Shown one piece after another: positions 1 through 8,841 of a stretch of 37,154 bases of DNA. The position numbers were made by a program, and so were the translations under genes. This DNA is from Thiobacillaceae bacterium. GTDB lineage: Bacteria; Pseudomonadota; Gammaproteobacteria; Burkholderiales; Thiobacillaceae. A model generated the notes under the pieces. That model did not search any database, was not told the origin of the DNA, and saw only the letters and a list, made by a program, of their open reading frames with translations. How positions within the stretch are numbered: position 1 is the first letter of the stretch; every line of letters starts with the position of its first letter. Where the stretch lies: contig DAITOH010000002.1 in NCBI GenBank assembly GCA_036834225.1, forward strand, positions 1 through 37,154, given 5' to 3'.

Positions 1-5
1 GTTGC

Positions 6-467
6 TCAGGCTGTAGCCGGCCGCGCTGTTTCGCAATAAGGCCAAGGCTTGGCCTTAACGCATAGTTGTGCGCCACGCTGCACATTGCGTCGCTGCATGC
101 TGTGGTCCTCGGCCCAGGCCCGCTCGATGCTCTCGACGCGAGTTATACTTAGACCGCGGATACGGCCCTGGCGATAGGTGACCTGGGCGTCCGGGACTGC
201 GTCCAGATTCTGGTGGCACCAATCCAGGCGCACCCAGCCATTCTCCAGGCTGCTGTCGAGGATGCTGATGCGGTTATAAGAGGTGGTGCCGGGCCTGTCG
301 GACGGGTTGGTCAGGAAGCGCAGTTCACCCTCGTTGACATCGGCCGTGCCCTTGAAGAACAGCTCATCCGGATCCGACGACCATGCGAGCGTAGCGACCA
401 ACAACAGTAGCGCCAGCACGCTGCCGATGCGCTCAAGGGATGGTGAGGGTGATGCGTCGTGCGCCAT
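6..467 (-). CDS. hypothetical exported protein, no family recognised
   Basis: The 153-aa ORF has a Sec-type N-terminus: charged n-region, hydrophobic stretch IGSVLALLLLVATLAWSS, then a polar mature part. Its ATG overlaps the upstream NlpC/P60 gene by 35 nt. The last ~30 residues (RRNVQRGAQLCVKAKPWPYCETARPATA) look low-quality and contain a terminator-like palindrome, so the 3' end is uncertain. Confidence 0.5.
   Translation of the reverse strand: MAHDASPSPSLERIGSVLALLLLVATLAWSSDPDELFFKGTADVNEGELRFLTNPSDRPGTTSYNRISILDSSLENGWVRLDWCHQNLDAVPDAQVTYRQGRIRGLSITRVESIERAWAEDHSMQRRNVQRGAQLCVKAKPWPYCETARPATA
38..56 (-). terminator. terminator-like palindrome aaggccaag-N-cttggcctt
   Basis: A perfect 9+9 inverted repeat is read directly. 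On the minus strand it is followed by ATTGCG, so the T-tract is only partial. It lies inside the last 17 codons of ORF 6-467. Confidence 0.25.
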
Positions 468-915
468 CGAAACGTGTGGCCCAGTAGCGGTTGTTCATGT
501 CGGAAACGGTGACCTTCCTGTCTCGACGGCTGCTGGCATGCACGAACTTGCCGTCACCCTTGTAGATGCCGACATGGGAGAACGGACGGCCTAGGGTGTT
601 GAAGAAGACCAGATCCCCGGGCCTAAGTTCACTCGGCTCGACTGGTTCGCCCTGCTGGCTGATATCCCTGGCATTGTGCGGGAGATCGATATCCAGCGTT
701 TGTTTGTAGACATAGCGCACCAGCCCACTGCAATCGAGCCCGGTGTCGGGACGACGTCCCCCCATTTTGTATGGTGTGCCCAAGAGATTGAGTGCGGCTA
801 GCAGAGGGGCGCCCAGTTCCTTGGGGCCCGACTGCAGGATGTCCGTAGCACGCGCCGGCATGGCGGCAGCGAGCGTGAGGAGCAGGATAAGGGCGGTCAC
901 GGCAGATTGTCGCAT
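433..915 (-). CDS. NlpC/P60 (C40) family peptidoglycan endopeptidase, secreted
   Basis: The catalytic-Cys motif GLDCSGLVRYVY, followed by DLVFF and SHVGIY, is typical of NlpC/P60. Signal peptide is MRQSAVTALILLLTLAAAMPARA. I prefer the ATG at 915 over the ORF-track start at 999, which adds 28 His/Pro-rich residues. There is no lipobox Cys. Confidence 0.85.
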   Translation of the reverse strand: MRQSAVTALILLLTLAAAMPARATDILQSGPKELGAPLLAALNLLGTPYKMGGRRPDTGLDCSGLVRYVYKQTLDIDLPHNARDISQQGEPVEPSELRPGDLVFFNTLGRPFSHVGIYKGDGKFVHASSRRDRKVTVSDMNNRYWATRFDGARRITLTIP

Positions 916-1131
916 CGGTACTCGACTGTGTCTGATGGCATGATGGTGCGGCGTGATGGTCCGGGTGGCGGGATGGGCCTGCGGCTTCGGATCGATCACG
1001 GGGTTGCAGGTCGGCCTTCAGCCCGGCCTGCGTCCTGACGAACGAGCTAGTATTAAGCCACCGCAGCACGATATCTGTCTAGTATGGAAATGTGGATCTG
1101 ATAAACCACTTGAAAGGAGTGTGCCAAGTCC

Positions 1132-1764
1132 ATGGAAAACAATCAGGATGTACGTGTTGCGCTGGCTGACTTGAGCGCCGGCGAGGGGGCGCTTAAGGAG
1201 CGGGTGCGCGCCTTGGTCCTGGATGCCGTGCTGCGCCGCAATGCGGATCCCAAGGCCCTGCGGGAGGTACTGAGGGACGCCGTGGCGGGTGTGGGGGACG
1301 GCCTGGGCCGACGCGGCGAGGCGGCGGGTCAGGCCTTGCAGGAGGCCATGGAGGGGCTGGACGAGGCTATCGGCAGATCGGTCTATGCCCTGCAGATGGC
1401 GCTGGAGGAGGCCTGGGGTCAGGGCCGGCAGTTCGCGCAACAGGACCTTAAGGAGGCCGCCGATGCGCTCAGGGATCTAAAGGACGATCTCCTGCGCACG
1501 CTCAAGGAGACCGCGGATCGTGCCCAAGGCGGTGTCCGGGACGAACTCGTCCGCATGACCGATCACCTTCGCCGCACGGGCACAGACACGGGTGCTCGGG
1601 TGCGCGATGTCCTCGCCGTGCTGCAGGTGCATCTAGGCACCGCGGCCAGCGGCGCGTCCACCGACGCCAAGGAGGCGGCCAGGACGGCGGCGTCGCGGCT
1701 GGCCGAGGTCGCCTCCGGTATCCTGCGCGGGTTGGCCGACGCCATCGACGCCCGCAAGGGCTAA
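1132..1764 (+). CDS. hypothetical Ala/Arg/Leu/Glu-rich all-helical protein (phasin/apolipoprotein-like by composition only)
   Basis: The 210-aa ORF is preceded by AAAGGAG about 12 nt upstream. It has no transmembrane segment, signal peptide or Cys. Amphipathic-looking segments recur (ALQEAMEGLDEAIGRS, LKEAADALRDLKDDLLRTLKETADRA). It ends 16 nt before the ABC1 kinase gene. Confidence 0.6.
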   Translation: MENNQDVRVALADLSAGEGALKERVRALVLDAVLRRNADPKALREVLRDAVAGVGDGLGRRGEAAGQALQEAMEGLDEAIGRSVYALQMALEEAWGQGRQFAQQDLKEAADALRDLKDDLLRTLKETADRAQGGVRDELVRMTDHLRRTGTDTGARVRDVLAVLQVHLGTAASGASTDAKEAARTAASRLAEVASGILRGLADAIDARKG

Positions 1765-1780
1765 ACTGCGGTCCGTACCC

Positions 1781-3454
1781 ATGTTGCGACAGACCCTCTC
1801 CGTAGTACGGGACCTGCCCCGCCTGCACGAGATCGCCTCGGTGCTCATCCGCTACGGCTGGGGCGACGTGGTGCGCCTCCTGGGCATCTCCCACATCCTG
1901 GAGCGCGCCGGCCGTCTGCTGCGTTGGCAGACTACCAGCGAGGTCACCGCACTGGACCTGCCCGTGCGCATCCGCATGGCCCTGACGGAGCTGGGGCCCA
2001 CCTTCGTCAAGCTGGGTCAGGTCCTAGCCACCCGCGTCGATGTCTTTCCGCCGGACTGGATCGCCGAGTTCGAGCAGTTGCACAGCCGGGTGCCGCCGGT
2101 GCCCTTCGAAGAGATCCGCCCCCAACTGGAAAAGGCGCTGGGCCGTCCCCTGGACGAGGTCTTCGAGCGCTTCGAGACCACCGCCTTTGCCGCCGCATCG
2201 ATCGCCCAGGTCCACCGGGCGGTCCTCAAGGATGGCAGCCGGGTGGTGGTCAAGGTACGCCGGCCGGGCATCGTGCCCAATATCGAGGCCGACCTGCGCA
2301 TCCTGGGACATCTGGCCCGTCTGGTAGAGTCGGAGATACCCGAGGCGCGCCGCTATCACCCGGCGCAGATCGTGCAGCAGCTGCAGCGTTCACTGCGACG
2401 CGAACTGGACATGGTGAAGGAGGCGCGCAATATCGAGCGTTTCGCCCAGAACTTCGCCGACGATGCGACGGTGCACATCCCCCGCGTGTACTGGGAATAC
2501 TGTTCCGAGGTGGTCAACGTCCAGGAGGAGCTGCAGGGGGTGCCGGGCACGGATCTGAACGCAGTCAAGGCCGCCGGCCTAAACCCCGGTGTGCTTGCTT
2601 CGCGCGGCGGGGATGCGGTGCTGAAGATGATCCTGCTAGATGGCTTTTTCCATGCCGACCCGCATCCGGGCAATGTCATCTACCTGCCCGGCAACGTCAT
2701 CGGCATGATCGACTTCGGCATGGTCGGAAGGCTCACCGAGCGGCGTCGGGAGCAGATCATCGACTTCCTCAATGCCATGGTCCTCAAAGACGAGGAGGGC
2801 ATGCTCAATGTGCTGCTCACTTGGGCAGGAGAGGCCGAGGTAGACGAGGAACGGCTTGCCTACGACATCTCGGAGATGGTGTTCAGCTACGACAACCTGA
2901 CTCTGAAAGACGTGCAGATCGGCCCGCTGCTGGCTGACTTCACCATGCTGATGCGCGACAACAACCTGACCCTGCCCGCGGACCTGACCCTGCTGTTCAA
3001 GGCGCTGATCACCCTGGAGGGGCTCGGGCGCCAGTTAACGCCTGACTTCCACATGGTGGACCACCTCGAGCCGTTCATCCGTCAGGTCCACGCCAACCGC
3101 TACACCCCCGAAGCCATGGTCAAGCGGGCCCGGCACGGACTGCAAGAGATGCTGGAGGTCGTGCTCGGGTTGCCGCGGGACTTAGCGCACCTATTTCGCC
3201 TAGCCCGGCGCGGCAACCTCAGGATCGACCTGGACATCAAGCGCCTGGACCACTTCGGGCATCAGCTCAACAAGGCCTCCAACCGGCTCACCATGGGGGT
3301 GCTCACCGCCTCTCTGATCATCGGTTCCTCCATCATCATGACCATTCCCGACACCCCATTGGGGCTTGCGCTGCTGGGCACTTTCGGCTTCGTGCTGGCT
3401 TTCGGTAACAGCGTCTGGATCGTCTTTTCCATCTGGCGCTCCGACAAGGACTGA
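1781..3454 (+). CDS. ABC1/UbiB/AarF-family atypical protein kinase with two C-terminal TM helices
   Basis: ABC1 motifs are present: AAASIAQVHRAVLKDGSRVVVKVRRPGI, FFHADPHPGNV and IDFGMVG. The hydrophobic C-terminus reads LTMGVLTASLIIGSSIIMTI and LALLGTFGFVLAFGNSVWIVFSIW. It is not in a ubiE-ubiJ context, so it is not called ubiB. Confidence 0.9.
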   Translation: MLRQTLSVVRDLPRLHEIASVLIRYGWGDVVRLLGISHILERAGRLLRWQTTSEVTALDLPVRIRMALTELGPTFVKLGQVLATRVDVFPPDWIAEFEQLHSRVPPVPFEEIRPQLEKALGRPLDEVFERFETTAFAAASIAQVHRAVLKDGSRVVVKVRRPGIVPNIEADLRILGHLARLVESEIPEARRYHPAQIVQQLQRSLRRELDMVKEARNIERFAQNFADDATVHIPRVYWEYCSEVVNVQEELQGVPGTDLNAVKAAGLNPGVLASRGGDAVLKMILLDGFFHADPHPGNVIYLPGNVIGMIDFGMVGRLTERRREQIIDFLNAMVLKDEEGMLNVLLTWAGEAEVDEERLAYDISEMVFSYDNLTLKDVQIGPLLADFTMLMRDNNLTLPADLTLLFKALITLEGLGRQLTPDFHMVDHLEPFIRQVHANRYTPEAMVKRARHGLQEMLEVVLGLPRDLAHLFRLARRGNLRIDLDIKRLDHFGHQLNKASNRLTMGVLTASLIIGSSIIMTIPDTPLGLALLGTFGFVLAFGNSVWIVFSIWRSDKD

Positions 3455-3477
3455 GCGATTGGTTACAATCCTGTTCT

Positions 3478-3509
3478 GCTCGCGCCTTTAAACCGGCGAG
3501 CCCGTTTTG
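3478..3509 (+). terminator. weak stem-loop with short T-run after the ABC1 kinase gene
   Basis: Stem gctcgc (3478-3483) pairs with gcgagc (3496-3501) around a 12-nt loop and is followed by ccgttttg. The stem is only 6 bp and serC starts about 25 nt downstream. Confidence 0.3.
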
Positions 3510-3534
3510 TCATCGAACAGGGATGAAGCCCATC

Positions 3535-4617
3535 ATGGAACGCATCTACAACTTCAGCGCCGGTCCCGCGGTATTGCCGCGGGAAGTCCTCGAACAGGCC
3601 AGGGAGGAACTGGTCAACTGGCGCGGCTGCGGCATGTCCGTCATGGAGATGTCGCACCGCGGCAAGGAATACATGGGGATCCAGGCCCAGGCCGAGAGCG
3701 ACCTGCGCGAACTGATGGCCATCCCGGCGCATTACAAGGTGCTGTTCCTGCAGGGGGGGGCCTCCAGCCAGTTCGCCATGGTGCCCATGAACCTGTTGCG
3801 CGGCAAGTCGAGTGCCGACTACCTCAATACCGGCGAGTGGTCGAAGAAGGCGATCAAGGAGGCGCAGAAGTATTGCAAGGTCAACGTCGTCGCCAGCAGC
3901 GAGGATCGCAACTTTACCTACGCCCCGGCGCAAGAGACCTGGAAGCTCGACCCCAATGCCGCCTATGTGCACTACACCCCCAACGAGACCATAGGCGGGG
4001 TGGAGATCTTCTGGACGCCGGAGACGGGCGATGTGCCCCTGGTGGCCGACATGTCCTCCACCATCCTGTCGCGACCGATCGATGTCTCTAAATATGGCCT
4101 GATCTATGCCGGGGCGCAGAAGAACATCGGCCCCGCCGGTGTTACCGTGGTCATCGTCCGCGAGGACCTGCTGGGGCAAACGCTCCCCGGCACGCCGACC
4201 ATGTTCGACTACAAGACCCACGCCGACAACAAGTCGATGTACAACACCCCGCCCACCTACAGCATCTACATCGCCGGTCTGGTGTTCAAGTGGTTGAAGG
4301 ACAAGGGCGGGCTGCAGGCTATAGAGCGCATCAACATCGCTAAGTCGCAGCTCCTGTACGACTACCTGGACAGCACGGATTTCTACAACTCGCCCGTGGC
4401 GCCGGAAAACCGCTCGCGCATGAACATCCCCTTCACCCTGAAGGACGCCGCCTTAGAGGAGGAATTCCTCAAGGGGGCGAAGGCCCGCGGTCTGCTGCAA
4501 CTGAAGGGGCACCGCTCGGTGGGGGGCATGCGCGCTTCCATCTACAACGCCATGCCCGTCGAAGGCGTAGAGGCCCTAATCGATTACATGAAAGAGTTCG
4601 AGCGCACCTATGGCTAA
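3535..4617 (+). CDS. serC: 3-phosphoserine/phosphohydroxythreonine aminotransferase
   Basis: MERIYNFSAGPAVLP matches the canonical SerC N-terminus. GGASSQF and KNIGPAG (PLP Lys) are present. The ATG at 3535 is preferred over 3523 by alignment to enterobacterial SerC. Confidence 0.95.
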   Translation: MERIYNFSAGPAVLPREVLEQAREELVNWRGCGMSVMEMSHRGKEYMGIQAQAESDLRELMAIPAHYKVLFLQGGASSQFAMVPMNLLRGKSSADYLNTGEWSKKAIKEAQKYCKVNVVASSEDRNFTYAPAQETWKLDPNAAYVHYTPNETIGGVEIFWTPETGDVPLVADMSSTILSRPIDVSKYGLIYAGAQKNIGPAGVTVVIVREDLLGQTLPGTPTMFDYKTHADNKSMYNTPPTYSIYIAGLVFKWLKDKGGLQAIERINIAKSQLLYDYLDSTDFYNSPVAPENRSRMNIPFTLKDAALEEEFLKGAKARGLLQLKGHRSVGGMRASIYNAMPVEGVEALIDYMKEFERTYG

Positions 4618-5791
4618 GTCCTTTAAGATCCAAACCTTAAACAAGATCTCGCCCAAGGGCCTGGCGATTTTACCCGCCCACTATACGGTCGGCGATGCGG
4701 TGGACCAGCCGGACGCCATCCTCGTGCGCTCGTACAACATGCACGAGTTGGAGATCCCCCCTAGCGTGCAGGCCATAGGCCGTGCCGGTGTGGGGACTAA
4801 CAACATCCCAGTGAAGAAGATGAGCGAGCGGGGCGTGCCCGTGTTCAACGCCCCGGGTGCAAACGCCAACGCGGTCAAGGAGCTGGTCATCGCCGGCATG
4901 CTCATGGCGGCGCGCAACATCGGCGAAGCCATGGCCTTTGTCGCCGCGCTCACGGGCACCGATGAGGAACTGCACAAGAAGACCGAGGCCGAAAAGAAGC
5001 GCTTCGTCGGCCGGGAGTTGCCCGGACGCACGCTGGGCATCATCGGCCTGGGCGCTATCGGCTCCCTGGTGGCGGACGCAGCCATCAAGCTCGGCATGCA
5101 GGTCATCGGCTTTGATCCGGGCATCACCGTGGAGGCGGCGTGGAAGCTGCCGTCTAGCGTGCACAAGGCGGAATCAATCGAGGAGCTGGTCAAGACCGCC
5201 GATTTCATCACCCTGCACGTGCCCCTGGTGGAGTCCACCCGCAACATCATCAACACGCAGCGGATCGCCCTGATGAAGGGCGGGGTGGTCCTGCTCAACT
5301 TCGCACGTGAGGGCGTGGTGGACAACGCCGCCGTGCTCGCCGGCCTCAGGGATGGCAAGCTGCATGCCTATGTGTGCGACTTCCCCGCCCAGGCTCTAAA
5401 GGGGCAGAAGAACGTCATCTGCCTGCCGCACCTGGGTGCCAGCACCGAGGAGGCGGAGGAGAACTGTGCGGTCATGGTCGCCAAGCAGGTCTCGGACTAT
5501 CTCGAAAACGGCAACATCCTCAATGCTGTGAACTTCCCCAACGTGTCCATGCCGCGAGAGTCCGCCTTCCGTCTGGGCATCGCCAATGCCAACGTGCCGA
5601 ACATGGTGGGGCAGATCTCCACCGCCTTAGCCAAGGCCGGGTTGAATATCCACAACATGGTCAACAAATCCAAGGGCGACATGGCCTACACCCTGGTCGA
5701 CGTGGATAGCGCCGTGCCCGCCGACCTGTTGGAACGCATCGGCAGCATCGAGGGCGTGCTCAGGCTGCGCTACCTGCCCGTGGAGGGGTGA
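4610..5791 (+). CDS. serA: D-3-phosphoglycerate dehydrogenase-like 2-hydroxyacid dehydrogenase with C-terminal ACT-like domain
   Basis: NAD fold GIIGLGAIGSLVA, catalytic region NFAREGVVD and PHLGASTEE, and a regulatory-like C-terminus of about 80 aa are present. The start overlaps the serC stop by 8 nt. Confidence 0.8.
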   Translation: MAKSFKIQTLNKISPKGLAILPAHYTVGDAVDQPDAILVRSYNMHELEIPPSVQAIGRAGVGTNNIPVKKMSERGVPVFNAPGANANAVKELVIAGMLMAARNIGEAMAFVAALTGTDEELHKKTEAEKKRFVGRELPGRTLGIIGLGAIGSLVADAAIKLGMQVIGFDPGITVEAAWKLPSSVHKAESIEELVKTADFITLHVPLVESTRNIINTQRIALMKGGVVLLNFAREGVVDNAAVLAGLRDGKLHAYVCDFPAQALKGQKNVICLPHLGASTEEAEENCAVMVAKQVSDYLENGNILNAVNFPNVSMPRESAFRLGIANANVPNMVGQISTALAKAGLNIHNMVNKSKGDMAYTLVDVDSAVPADLLERIGSIEGVLRLRYLPVEG

Positions 5792-5798
5792 TCTGTTC

Positions 5799-6863
5799 AT
5801 GGGTCAGTCCCTCGAGCGGCTGCGGCAGGACATCGATCGGATCGACGATCGCATCCTCGGTCTGCTGAACGAACGCGCGCGTCTAGCGCAGGCCATCGGT
5901 CACCTGAAGAACGGCAGTGTCTATCGGCCGGAACGCGAGGCGCAGGTAATACGCCGTCTGCTGGCAGCGAACGCGGGGCCTCTGCCAGCAGAGGCTGTTG
6001 AGCAGCTGTTTCGCGAGATCATGTCGGCCTGCCGCGCCCTGGAGCGGCCCCTTAGCGTCGCCTACCTGGGTCCGGCGGGCACCTTCTCCGAGGCGGCGGC
6101 CATCAAGCAGTTCGGCCATGCCGTTCAGGCACTGCCTAAGTCCTCCATCGACGAGGTCTTCCATGCTCTAGAGCGTGGCGAGGCCCAGTTTGGCATCGTG
6201 CCGGTGGAGAACTCCACCGAGGGCGCGGTCAGTCGCACCCTCGACCTGCTGCTGTCAAGCAACCTCAAGATCTGCGGCGAGGTCATGCTGCGCGTGCGGC
6301 AGCACCTGATGCGGCGCGGCGAGGGTCTCGACGGCATCGAGGTGGTGTACTCGCATGCCCAGTCGCTGGCCCAGTGCCACGCCTGGCTGAATCAGAACCT
6401 GCCTCTGGCCAGCCGCATCCGGGTGACCAGCAACGGAGAGGCGGCGCGCATGGCCGCTGAGAACCCAAGCGCGGCCGCGGTCGCCGGCGAGATCGCCGCC
6501 GAGCACTACGGGCTTACCATCGTCGCCCGCGACATCGAGGATGACCCCAACAACACCACCCGCTTCCTGGTGCTAAGTCAGGAAGATGCCGAACCCTCGG
6601 GACAAGACAAGACTTCGTTGGTACTCTCGACCAAGAACAAGCCGGGCACCCTGCTCAAGTTGCTCACCCCCTTCGCCCGCAACGGTATTAGCCTGACCAA
6701 GCTGGAGTCGCGGCCGGTGCGCAACGGCCTGTGGGAATACGTCTTCTTCATCGACATCGAGGGCCACCGCAGCGATGCGCTCGTCCAGGACACCTTAGCC
6801 GCGGTGGAACCCCACACCACCCTGCTTAAGATCCTGGGCTCTTATCCCAAGGCCACCAGCTGA
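5799..6863 (+). CDS. pheA: bifunctional chorismate mutase/prephenate dehydratase (P-protein)
   Basis: An N-terminal CM_2 helix (LRQDIDRIDDRILGLLNERARLA) is followed by a PDT domain (VAYLGPAGTFSE, TRFLVL) and an ACT end (LESRP). Confidence 0.95.
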   Translation: MGQSLERLRQDIDRIDDRILGLLNERARLAQAIGHLKNGSVYRPEREAQVIRRLLAANAGPLPAEAVEQLFREIMSACRALERPLSVAYLGPAGTFSEAAAIKQFGHAVQALPKSSIDEVFHALERGEAQFGIVPVENSTEGAVSRTLDLLLSSNLKICGEVMLRVRQHLMRRGEGLDGIEVVYSHAQSLAQCHAWLNQNLPLASRIRVTSNGEAARMAAENPSAAAVAGEIAAEHYGLTIVARDIEDDPNNTTRFLVLSQEDAEPSGQDKTSLVLSTKNKPGTLLKLLTPFARNGISLTKLESRPVRNGLWEYVFFIDIEGHRSDALVQDTLAAVEPHTTLLKILGSYPKATS

Positions 6864-6865
6864 AC

Positions 6866-7966
6866 ATGACCTTGATCGACCGGGTGCCCGAGCACATCCG
6901 CGCCATTGCCCCATACAAGCCCGGCAAGCCCATATCTGAGCTGGCGCGGGAGATGGGTTTCGCAGCCGGCGACATCATCAAGCTCGCCTCCAACGAAAAC
7001 CCCCTGGGTATTAGCCCCTTGGCCAGGGCCGCGGTAGAGCGGGCGGTGGCCGAGCTCGGCCGTTATCCAGACGGCAACGGCCACAGCCTCAAGACGGCCC
7101 TGTCACGCCGCCTCGGGGTGGGGCTAGACCAGATCGTGCTCGGCAACGGTTCTAACGACGTGCTGGAACTGACCGCCCGCCTGTTTCTGGGCCCTAACAC
7201 CTCCGCGGTCTACGCCCAGCACGCCTTTGCCGTCTATCCTCTCGCCACCCAGGCCTGTGGCGCGGTCGGCATCGAGGTCCCGGCGCGGGCGTATGGCCAT
7301 GACCTTGAGGCCATGGCCGACGCCATCCGGGACGACACCCGCCTAGTCTTCATCGCCAATCCCAACAACCCCACGGGCACCCTCCTTAAGGCAGAAGAAC
7401 TGCATGCCTTCCTGGGCAGGGTTCCGGCGAATGTCGCCGTCGTGCTGGACGAGGCCTACAGCGAGTATCTGGACCCCGAGCAGCGCGCACCTAGCCTGGA
7501 ATGGCTGAACGAGTTTCCCAATCTCATCTTAACCCGCACCTTCTCCAAGGCCTATGGTCTGGCAGGCTTGCGCGTGGGCTACGCCCTGGCCCGGCCCGAG
7601 GTGGCCGAGCTACTCAACCGGCTGCGTCAGCCCTTCAACGTCAACAGCCTGGCCCTTGCTGCTGCCGAGGCCGCCCTCGACGACGAGGACTTCCTGGCCG
7701 CCAGCAAGCGGCTTAATGATGCTGGCCTAGCGCAATTGAGCGAAGGTTTCCGGCGCTTGGGGCTCGCTTACATCCCATCCTGGGGCAACTTCGTCTGCGT
7801 GCGTGTGGGCGACGCCAGCCGGGTGTATCAGGAACTTCTGCGGCGGGGGATCATCGTGCGACCGGTGGACAACTACGGCCTGCCCGAGCACCTGAGGGTG
7901 TCGGTCGGCACTAAGGCGCAGAACGCGCGTCTCTTGGCCGCCTTGGCCGAGGTCGTGCAGGCGTGA
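6866..7966 (+). CDS. hisC: histidinol-phosphate/aromatic aminotransferase (class II PLP)
   Basis: Motifs SNENPLG, NPNNPTG and RTFSKAYGLAGLRVGY (PLP Lys) are present. Its position in the pheA-hisC-tyrA-aroA cluster is as in many proteobacteria. Confidence 0.9.
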   Translation: MTLIDRVPEHIRAIAPYKPGKPISELAREMGFAAGDIIKLASNENPLGISPLARAAVERAVAELGRYPDGNGHSLKTALSRRLGVGLDQIVLGNGSNDVLELTARLFLGPNTSAVYAQHAFAVYPLATQACGAVGIEVPARAYGHDLEAMADAIRDDTRLVFIANPNNPTGTLLKAEELHAFLGRVPANVAVVLDEAYSEYLDPEQRAPSLEWLNEFPNLILTRTFSKAYGLAGLRVGYALARPEVAELLNRLRQPFNVNSLALAAAEAALDDEDFLAASKRLNDAGLAQLSEGFRRLGLAYIPSWGNFVCVRVGDASRVYQELLRRGIIVRPVDNYGLPEHLRVSVGTKAQNARLLAALAEVVQA

Positions 7967-8841
7967 TCCGGCGTCTGGCCATCCTCGGCGTCGGCCTCAT
8001 AGGCGGCTCGCTGGCCCTGGCGCTCAAGCGCACGGGTCTGGTGGAGACCGTGGTCGGCGCAGGTCGCAGGCGCGAAAACCTCGATGTTGCCCTCAAGGCC
8101 GGTGTCATCGACGCTATCGCCGATAGCCCCGCCCAGGCTGTTCAGGGCGCGGACGTGATCGTTCTGGCTGTGCCGGTGGGAGGCATGCCGGGGCTCATGG
8201 ACCAGATCGCCCCCCAACTGCATGATCGTGTCGTGCTCACCGACGTCGGCAGCACCAAGCAGGACGTGGTGGCTGCTGCGCGTACCCTGCTGCCGGCCCA
8301 CCTGTCACGGTTCGTGCCCGGCCATCCTATCGCCGGTGCCGAGACGAGCGGGGTGAGGGCGGCCCACGCCGATCTCTATCGTGGCAAGGACGTCATCCTC
8401 ACCCCCCTGCCGGAGAACGATCCCGCGGCCGTGGAGCAGGTCCGGGCCATGTGGGCGGGCTGCGGCGCGCATGTAGAGCGCATGTCTGCTGAGGATCATG
8501 ACCGGGTCTTCGCCGCCGTAAGCCATCTGCCCCATCTGGCCGCCTTTGCCCTCATGGATGAACTGGCCGGCCGGGATAACAGCCAGCAGTTCTTTCGTTA
8601 CGCAGGTTCCGGTTTCCGTGATTTCACCCGCATCGCCGGGAGCCATCCCGAGATGTGGCGGGACGTGGCCCTGGCCAACCGCGAGGCGGTGGTGGCCGAA
8701 CTCGATGCCTATATCGAGCGTCTTGCACGCATCCGCGACCTGATCTTGGCCGTCGACCGCGAGGCCCTGATGGACGTCCTAAGCCGGGCCAGCCGTGCCC
8801 GCCAGCAGTGGGCTAAGAGCAAAACGAGGACAGGGTCGTGA
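7963..8841 (+). CDS. tyrA: prephenate (or arogenate) dehydrogenase
   Basis: Rossmann motif [17 protein letters not shown] and motif GHPIAG are present. The GTG start overlaps the hisC TGA (GTGA). Confidence 0.9.
   Translation: MIRRLAILGVGLIGGSLALALKRTGLVETVVGAGRRRENLDVALKAGVIDAIADSPAQAVQGADVIVLAVPVGGMPGLMDQIAPQLHDRVVLTDVGSTKQDVVAAARTLLPAHLSRFVPGHPIAGAETSGVRAAHADLYRGKDVILTPLPENDPAAVEQVRAMWAGCGAHVERMSAEDHDRVFAAVSHLPHLAAFALMDELAGRDNSQQFFRYAGSGFRDFTRIAGSHPEMWRDVALANREAVVAELDAYIERLARIRDLILAVDREALMDVLSRASRARQQWAKSKTRTGS

Noticed and set aside
1924-2937. 337-aa same-strand alternative-frame ORF inside the ABC1 kinase gene. Similar ORFs occur at 8795-9739 in aroA, 3463-4221 opposite serC, 23859-24758 and 29172-30014.
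   Set aside because: The translations are Arg/Pro/Gly/Ala-rich and low in complexity, as expected for off-frame reading of GC3-biased genes. There are no start-site signals.
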